Below, in pieces: positions 56,400-63,642 of a stretch of DNA of 63,642 nt. Position numbers and translations under genes: made by a program. A model generated the notes under the pieces. The model saw only the letters and a program-made list of their open reading frames with translations. It was not told where the DNA came from and did not search any database. How positions within the stretch are numbered: the stretch's first letter is position 1; the number at the start of each line of letters is the position of its first letter. This DNA comes from Macrostomum lignano. Lineage: Eukaryota. The DNA is taken from the NCBI GenBank assembly GCA_002269645.1, contig NIVC01002555.1, positions 1 through 63,642 of the forward strand, given 5' to 3'.

Positions 56400-57925
56400 G
56401 TTCGTCCTGGACTGACTATGATCCATATTCGGTCCTGGACTGTCTATGATCAATATTCGTCCTGGACTGTCTATGATCCATATTCGTCCTGGACTGTCTA
56501 TGATCAATATTCGTCCTGGACTGTCTATGATCCATATTCGTCCTGGACTGTCTATGATCCATATTCGGTCCTGGACTGTCTATGATCAATATTTGTCCTG
56601 GACTGTCTATGATCAATATTCGGTCCTGGACTGTCTATGATCCATATTCGTCCTGGACTGTCTATGATCCATATTCGGTCCTGGACTGTCTATGATCCAT
56701 ATTCGTCCTGGACTGTCTATGATCCATATTCGGTCCTGGACTGTCTATGATCCATATTCGGTCCTGGACTGTCTATGATCCATATTTGTCCTGGACTGTC
56801 TATGATCCATATTCGGTCCTGGACTGTCGATGATCCATATTCGTCCTGGACTGTCTATGATCCATATTCGGTCCTGGACTGTCTATGATCCATATTCGTC
56901 CTGGACTGTCTATGATCCATATTCGGTCCTGGACTGTCTATGATCAATATTCGGTCCTGGACTGTCTATGATCCATATTCGTCCTGGACTGTCTATGATC
57001 CATATTCGTCCTGGACTGTCGATGATCCATATTCGTCCTGGACTGTCTATGATCAATATTTGTCCTGGACTGTCTATGATCAATATTCGGTCCTGGACTG
57101 TCTATGATCAATATTTGTCCTGGACTGTCTATGATCAATATTTGTCCTGGACTGTCTATGATCAATATTCGGTCCTGGACTGTCTATGATCAATATTCGG
57201 TCCTGGACTGTCTATGATCAATATTCGTCCTGGACTGTCTATGATCCATATTCGTCCTGGACTGTCTATGATCCATATTCGGTCCTGGACTGTCTATGAT
57301 CAATATTCGTCCTGGACTGTCGATGATCCATATTCGTCCTGGACTGTCTATGATCCATATTCGGTCCTGGACTGTCTATGATCAATATTCGTCCTGGACT
57401 GTCGATGATCCATATTGGGTCCTGGACTGTCTATGATCTATATTCGGTCCTGGACTGTCTATGATCAATATTCGGTCCTGGACTGTCTATGATCAATATT
57501 CGGTCCTGGACTGTCTATGATCCATACGAGCTCGTATTTGTCCTGTTCACACTGGACTGTCTATGATCAATATTCGGTCCTGGACTGTCTATGATCCATA
57601 CGAGCTCGTATTTGTCCTGTTCACACTGGACTGTCTATGATCCATACGAGCTCGTATTTGTCCTGTTCACACTGGACTGTCTATGGTCCCTGTTCACACT
57701 GGACTGTCTATGGTCCCTGTTCACACTGGACTGTCTATGGTCCCTGTTCACACTGGACTGTCTATGGTCCCTGTTCACACTGGACTGTCTATGGTCCCTG
57801 TTCACACTGGACTGTCTATGGTCCCTGTTCACACTGGACTGTCTATGGTCCCTGTTCACACTGGACTGTCTATGGTCCCTGTTCACACTGGACTGTCTAT
57901 GGTCCCTGTTCACACTGGCCATCCT
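56400..57925. repeat. 27/28-bp satellite turning into a second 27-bp unit
   Basis: TCCTGGACTGTCTATGATCCATATTC(G)G, then 46-bp hybrids, then CTGGACTGTCTATGGTCCCTGTTCACA. Confidence 0.95.
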
Positions 57926-58584
57926 GGACTGTTCCCTGTCCCTGTCCCCTCTCCTTTGAACTCCGTTTCTTCGGATTCTCGTTTTTCCTGTACTGATTTT
58001 GCGGATGGCTGAATATGTGCCTCTTTGCGTTGTAAATTTCATTATTGTAGACTGGCTTTGTTAATTCTCGTACTTGACAATATTCAGTGTTTAATCTCAA
58101 GTCAGGCTGATAAATATTGACTAAAATAATCGGCTAGTGATTGCTGAGCTTGCAGAGCAGAGTTTTCAGATCCAGCAGCAACCCCAGCTCTGCTCAGCTC
58201 TGATCAAAGTTTATTTCGTGCATTTTCTTATAAAACTGGTGAGGCGCGAGCAGCTGACGCAGACACGCGCACAAACTTAGCTAGCGCGATTGAAAGGACA
58301 AGCAAATAAAAAAGCCATTTAAGAGTTAAACAAAGAGTTGTGCGCATTGGAATCCATGCCCCGCAGATAAACCCAATAGACTGGAAAATAGTTAAGCCGG
58401 GCTGTTTATTGTCTCTGTGGTAGGCTGAAATTCTTGAAATTCATATGCAAGTTTTTGGAGGCTCTTAAACGGACTCGAAGATTGTTTCTGAGTGAGACAA
58501 CCGCACATGCAGGTGCCCGCGCCCTGGTTCACCGATCTCTGTTTCCACTATTTTCACTTCACGGGATCAGCGAGATAGGTAGCT

Positions 58585-58830
58585 AGGTGTGGGATAGGCA
58601 GGTGTGGGATAGGCAGGTGTGGGATAGGCAGGTGTGGGATAGGCAGGTGTGGATAGGCAGGTGTGGGATAGGCAGGTGTGGGATAGGCAGGTGTGGGATA
58701 GGCAGGTGTGGGATAGGCAGGTGTGGGATGGGCAGGTGTGGGAAAGGCAGGTGTGGGAAAGGCAGGTGTGGGAAAGGCAGGTGTGGGAAAGGCAGGTGTG
58801 GGAAAGGCAGGTGTGGGAAAGCCAGGTGTG
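58585..58830. repeat. 15-bp minisatellite
   Basis: AGGCAGGTGTGGGAT switching to AGGCAGGTGTGGGAA, about 16 copies. Confidence 0.95.
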
Positions 58831-58867
58831 GGAAAGGCTATTATTTCGGTCGCGCCAAGCGACAGGA

Positions 58868-61800
58868 TCAGCCAACAGGCAGTTTGGCTCCCTCGGCTAC
58901 AGTCTGGTGGCAGCAGGTGTGAGCGTCCAGGCAGTCGCACTCGTCGATGTTGTCCGAGTCGCGTGAAATCTGCGGTGGACGATGAGTCATGGACAACTAG
59001 AAACTAGCATCTGGATTGCATTTGTAGCAACTCTAACCAATGCAGTTGTTCGGTCCCAAATGCTCACCGAATGACAACCGAGAAAGCTCTGCGCCGGGTC
59101 GGCAGCGGTGCGCAGGGTGGCGAAATCCGCCTGCGCTGATGGCCGGACGCCAAGGCAGCGTCGGCCGCTGCTTCTCCGGGTGGCTCATCCTGCTGCCTGC
59201 CGGCCTGTCCGTTTGGCTGACGTGCCGGTAGCAAGCGAGCATCGCACTCGCGCCTTCACAGACAAATGAAAGTTATGCGTATGCAGCTTTCCTAACGTCT
59301 GATTACAGCAAATTCGCTTCTCACCTGCCAGTCCCAAGTCCCGTCTGACTCGACGAGTCGTCCGTTGAGCCACCCCAGCGAATTTCTACTCCGCGCGAGA
59401 GCTGTGCTCGCCTCTCCCAAGTATCATTAGGCAGCCCCGCATCCGCATCCGTATCTGCATCCGCATCCGCATCCGCATCCGCATCCGCATCCGCATCCGT
59501 GTCCGTATCCACTTCATCGGCGGTGGCGTGTGGAGCCCGCCGAAAGTCGTCGCCGGCCGCAGAGCTTCACCGCCTCCTCCATCAGCGCATCGCGCAGAAG
59601 CCTCCGTCCTGCTCGCGTTGCAGCTCCGGGACTTCCATCGCCCACCGCCTGACTCGGGCGCTCACCATCCGTTTCGCGATAGCGGATGCCGAAGTGGCTG
59701 CGGCGGCGGTGGCGGCTGCGGCGGCGGTGGCAGCTGCGGCAGCGGCTACGCTAGAGGCTTGGCGGCGGCGCCGGGCGGCTGCAGCCGCCGCAGCTACCGC
59801 CGCAGCCGCCGTCAACACGGTGCTCGCAGCGGCGGTTCCGCCGCAACTGGCGACACCGCCTCGCTGCACGTAGGATGATCGCGAATGGATTCCGTCTCTG
59901 AGGAAAAAGTTCCCTCTTTGGCGCGACGTAAACCCCGACGGGGTTGATGCTGGCCGCCTGCGGCTTCTTCTTGCTCCGCCCGCCGCCTCCGCCAGCCGTC
60001 GTTGCCTGCGCCGCCTGCTTCCGTCTGGCCGCTGCCGCCGCCGCTGCCGCCGCTGTCGCTGTGTTCGCTCCTGAGGAAGAACCCTGCGTGTTGGATCTGT
60101 GCCGACCGTGCGGGCGAGGCTGTGGGGTTTTTCAGCTAGTGAGATCAGAATATTGGTTGTGGATTGCATGGATTATTTTGTACCAAGTGGTGCAATAGGT
60201 ACAATATGAGGTTGAGGAAGAAACGCTTCATGCACACTTTATTTAGTTGACGCCACATGTTGGCCCTTATGGACGTGAATTGCAAGAGTTTAGGTTAAGG
60301 CTTAGGTTGCTGCTTAGGTTAGGGTTAGGGCTAAGGCTTAGGTTAAGGCTTAAGTTAAGGCTTAGGTTAGGGTTTTGGTCAGGGTTTAGGTTAAGGTTAG
60401 GGTTAGGGTTTAGGCTAGCGTTTTAGGCTGAGATTTAGGTTAGGGTTTACAGTAGGTTAGGGTTAGGGTTAGGTCAAACTGCCCGTCGTTCAAGTATTCG
60501 CAGTGAAATTATGATCAAGCTGATGATACAATTGTTTGCAACTATTTTCTCGGGAAAATGGTCAAATAAGGAAACGAAACAAAAAAGCGATCAAGCGAAA
60601 GCAAAAATATCTGTCAGAAAATAAATAGAGCAAATATTTCAAGCGAACGGCGGTTTAAAACAAAACTTAAAAGCGCGTGCCGTAAGTGAATTGACTGAGC
60701 AAGACGGCTAAGGACTGATAGATGACGCATTCTTCTCGGTTCAGCCTCCCGTCTTTGGTTCACCAATTTACCTGGGAGTTCTGCTCAGACTCTGCCGGCT
60801 GGTGCTGATAATGCTGGTGATGCCGCTGATGGTTCTGGCGACCAACGACCAGACTCTCGCGGACGTCTGACCGGCGATGAGGCCGCAGTGCCAGCCTCTC
60901 CTGCCTCATCATGCAGCCGCGAAGCTGCCCGCTCCCGCCTCTGCAATTTTGCGGAGAGCCACCACGCGACTGGGAGACTGAGTAGCTGAGAGACTGAATA
61001 GCTGAGACTGAGTTGCTGAGAGACTGAGTAGCTGAGAGACTGAATAGCTGAGACTGAGTTGCTGAGAGACTGAATAGCTGAGACTGAGTAGCTGAGAGAC
61101 TGAATAGCTGAGACTGAGTTGCTGAGAGACTGAGTAGCTGAGAGACTGAATAGCTGAGACTGAGTTGCTGAGAGACTGAGTAGCTGAGAGACTGAATAGC
61201 TGAGACTGAGTTGCTGAGAGACTGAGTAGCTGAGAGACTGAATAGCTGAGACTGAGTTGCTGAGAGACTGAATAGCTGAGACTGAGTAGCTGAGAGACTG
61301 AATAGCTGAGACTGAGTTGCTGAGAGACTGAGTAGCTGAGAGACTGAATAGCTGAGACTGAGTTGCTGAGAGACTGAGTAGCTGAGAGACTGAATAGCTG
61401 AGACTGAGTTGCTGAGAGACTGAGTAGCTGAGAGACTGAATAGCTGAGACTGAGTAGCTGAGACTGAGTAGCTGAGACTGAGTAGCTGAGACTGAGTAGC
61501 TGAGACTGAGTAGCTGAGACTGAGTAGCTGAGACTGAGTAGCTGAGACTGAGTAGCTGAGACTGAGTAGCTGAGACTGAGTAGCTGAGAGACTGAGTAGC
61601 TGAGACTGAGTAGTGAGAGGACTGAGTAGCTGAGACTGAGTAGCTGAGACTGAGTAGCTGAGACTGAGTAGCTGAGACTGAGTAGCTGAGACTGAGTAGC
61701 TGAGACTGAGTAGCTGAGACTGAGTAGCTGAGACTGAGTAGCTGAGACTGAGTAGCTGAGACTGAGTAGCTGAGACTGAGTAGCTGAGACTGAGTAGCTG

Positions 61801-63303
61801 AGATGAGTAGCTGAGACTGAGTAGCTGAGACTGAGTAGCTGAGACTGAGTAGCTGAGACTGAGTAGCTGAGACTGAGTAGCTGAGACTGAGTAGCTGAGA
61901 GACTGAGTAGCTGAGACTGAGTAGCTGAGACTGAGTAGCTGAGACTGAGTAGCTGAGACTGAGTAGCTGAGACTGAGTAGCTGAGACTGAGTAGCTGAGA
62001 CTGAGTAGCTGAGACTGAGTAGCTGAGACTGAGTAGCTGAGACTGAGTAGCTGAGAGACTGAGTAGCTGAGACTGAGTAGCTGAGACTGAGTAGCTGAGA
62101 CTGAGTAGCTGAGACTGAGTAGCTGAGACTGAGTAGCTGAGACTGAGTAGCTGAGACTGAGTAGCTGAGACTGAGTAGCTGAGACTGAGTAGCTGAGACT
62201 GAGTAGCTGAGACTGAGTAGCTGAGACTGAGTAGCTGAGACTGAGTAGCTGAGACTGAGTAGCTGAGACTGAGTAGCTGAGACTGAGTAGCTGAGACTGA
62301 GTAGCTTCTGAACATACGGTAGATTGAGGTCTCAAATTTGCTGTGCAAATTTAAAGCAGCCAATTAAAAATTCAATTATTTCTTGTCTCGCCAACAAAAT
62401 TTGTAAGCCTTTAATGCCTTTCTTACTATGAGAGAAAGTAGTATGCTGTGGTTTCAGCTTGTGCAATTTTAGAATATCTTTTCTAATAAAATAGTCAAGC
62501 ACATGCAGTCGTGCATATCTTTGCTACTCGTAGATAAAAAATGCCCAGTTTGAACTAATAATTATTAGCAAGGTGCCGGTAGATGAGCTCCCAACTCACT
62601 GGACAGGCTCTCAGTGTTGAGACTGGCGGCTGTGGCGCCCAGCGGGAGGCTGGCTGCGTCATCTTCGCTCATCGCTCTCGAATCATCTTGATTGGACTGA
62701 GAATTGATAGAAAAATGATTTTCTTGATAACTATTGACTAAATGCTACTATCAGTGATAATTTGGCTGTCAGAGCGGCCACTTGACTGTCTATCAGTGAC
62801 ATTTTGACTGTCAGAGCGGCCACTTGACTGTCTATCAGTGACATTTTGACTGTCAGAGCGGCCACTTGACTGTCTATCAGTGACATTTTGACTGTCAGAG
62901 CGGCATTGACTGTCTATCAGTGACATTTTGACTGTCAGAGCGGCCACTTGACTGTCTATCAGTGACATTTTGACTGTCAGAGCGGCCACTTGACTGTCTA
63001 TCAGTGACATTTTGACTGTCAGAGCGGCCACTTGACTGTCTATCAGTGACATTTTGACTGTCAGAGCGGCACTTGGTGAGTGAAATTAACTGTAACAGCC
63101 AGTTGACTGTCAAGTGGCGCCTCAGAAGAGGTCCAGAACGCAGAGCCGACCTTCTCGCCGCCACCTCGCCGGCTGCGCTCCTTGACGAGTTCTTTGAAGG
63201 CGCGGGCGCTGGCGCGAACGTTGCTGCGCAGGGTGCGCCATTTCTCCTGCGACTGCAAGCGCTGGGGTCGCTGCGCGTCCGGGTGCTCCTGGGTTCGCTT
63301 CAC
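58868..63303 (-). CDS. Fragments of an unresolved multi-exon gene (low-complexity Ala/Asp-rich protein)
   Basis: GC-rich blocks bounded by splice-like sites at about 63075-63303, 62600-62696, 60772-60969, 59330-60120, 59050-59260 and 58870-58960. I could not join the phases unambiguously and recognised no family. Confidence 0.3.
60289..60473 (+). repeat. Degenerate interstitial telomere-like repeat
   Basis: Mix of TTAGGG, TTAGGC, TTAAGG and TTTAGG hexamers. Confidence 0.75.
60975..62306. repeat. 14-bp satellite with a higher-order segment
   Basis: Unit ACTGAGTAGCTGAG; 60975-61450 is a 16+14+16 trimer. Confidence 0.97.
62745..63072. repeat. 42-bp minisatellite
   Basis: Unit TTGACTGTCTATCAGTGACATTTTGACTGTCAGAGCGGCCAC, about 8 copies. 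Confidence 0.95.
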
Positions 63304-63414
63304 TGCTGTAGTCGTACAGATAGAATCCTGGAGGAGCGTTTGGGTGGTCAGCGCTCATGAAAGCGAACTTGCGTTCCTTCACACCATGACTGCAACAAAT
63401 CGCTGTATCAGAAA

Positions 63415-63642
63415 GACACACTTACCAACACACCCAGCTCTTACCAATACACCCAGCTCTTACCAACACACCCAGCTCTTACCAACACACCCGCTCTTAC
63501 CAACAACCCAGCTCTTACCAACACACCCAGCTCTTACCAACACACCCAGCTCTTACAACACACCCAGCTCTTACCAACACACCCAGCTCTTACCAACACA
63601 CCCAGCTCTTACCAACACACCAGCTCTTACAACACACCAGCT
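63415..63642. repeat. 19-bp minisatellite (runs off the window end)
   Basis: Unit CTTACCAACACACCCAGCT. Confidence 0.95.

Overview
Animal genomic DNA, with no prokaryotic features or CRISPR. GC-rich exons, AT-rich spacers and introns packed with minisatellites are consistent with a free-living flatworm such as Macrostomum; the species is my inference. Genes rebuilt by hand from splice sites and protein recognition: a 5-exon PIWI-clade Argonaute with an intact DEDH tetrad (7856-13386); an intronless DCP1 (17424-18605); a 3-exon orphan membrane protein (minus, about 20.3-22.6 kb); a highly divergent POMGNT1-like GT13 gene of at least 15 exons that lacks the catalytic base (32.3-39.3 kb, absent from the ORF track as a unit); a secreted EGF/cbEGF repeat protein (40.2-44.4 kb); a beta-tubulin (52.5-54.0 kb); a CYYR1/Shisa-like type I membrane protein with a coding GNQAY repeat (54.5-55.4 kb); and fragments of an unresolved minus-strand gene (59-63 kb). 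Mobile DNA: a BEL/Pao LTR element and a 184-bp hAT MITE both nested in a decayed RTE LINE, a second RTE inserted into a satellite, tRNA-derived SINEs and Helitron-like remnants. The most striking pattern is that almost every long intron carries its own unrelated tandem array. Several arrays show higher-order structure and apparent shaping by splicing constraints. Most long ORFs in the track are artefacts of these repeats.
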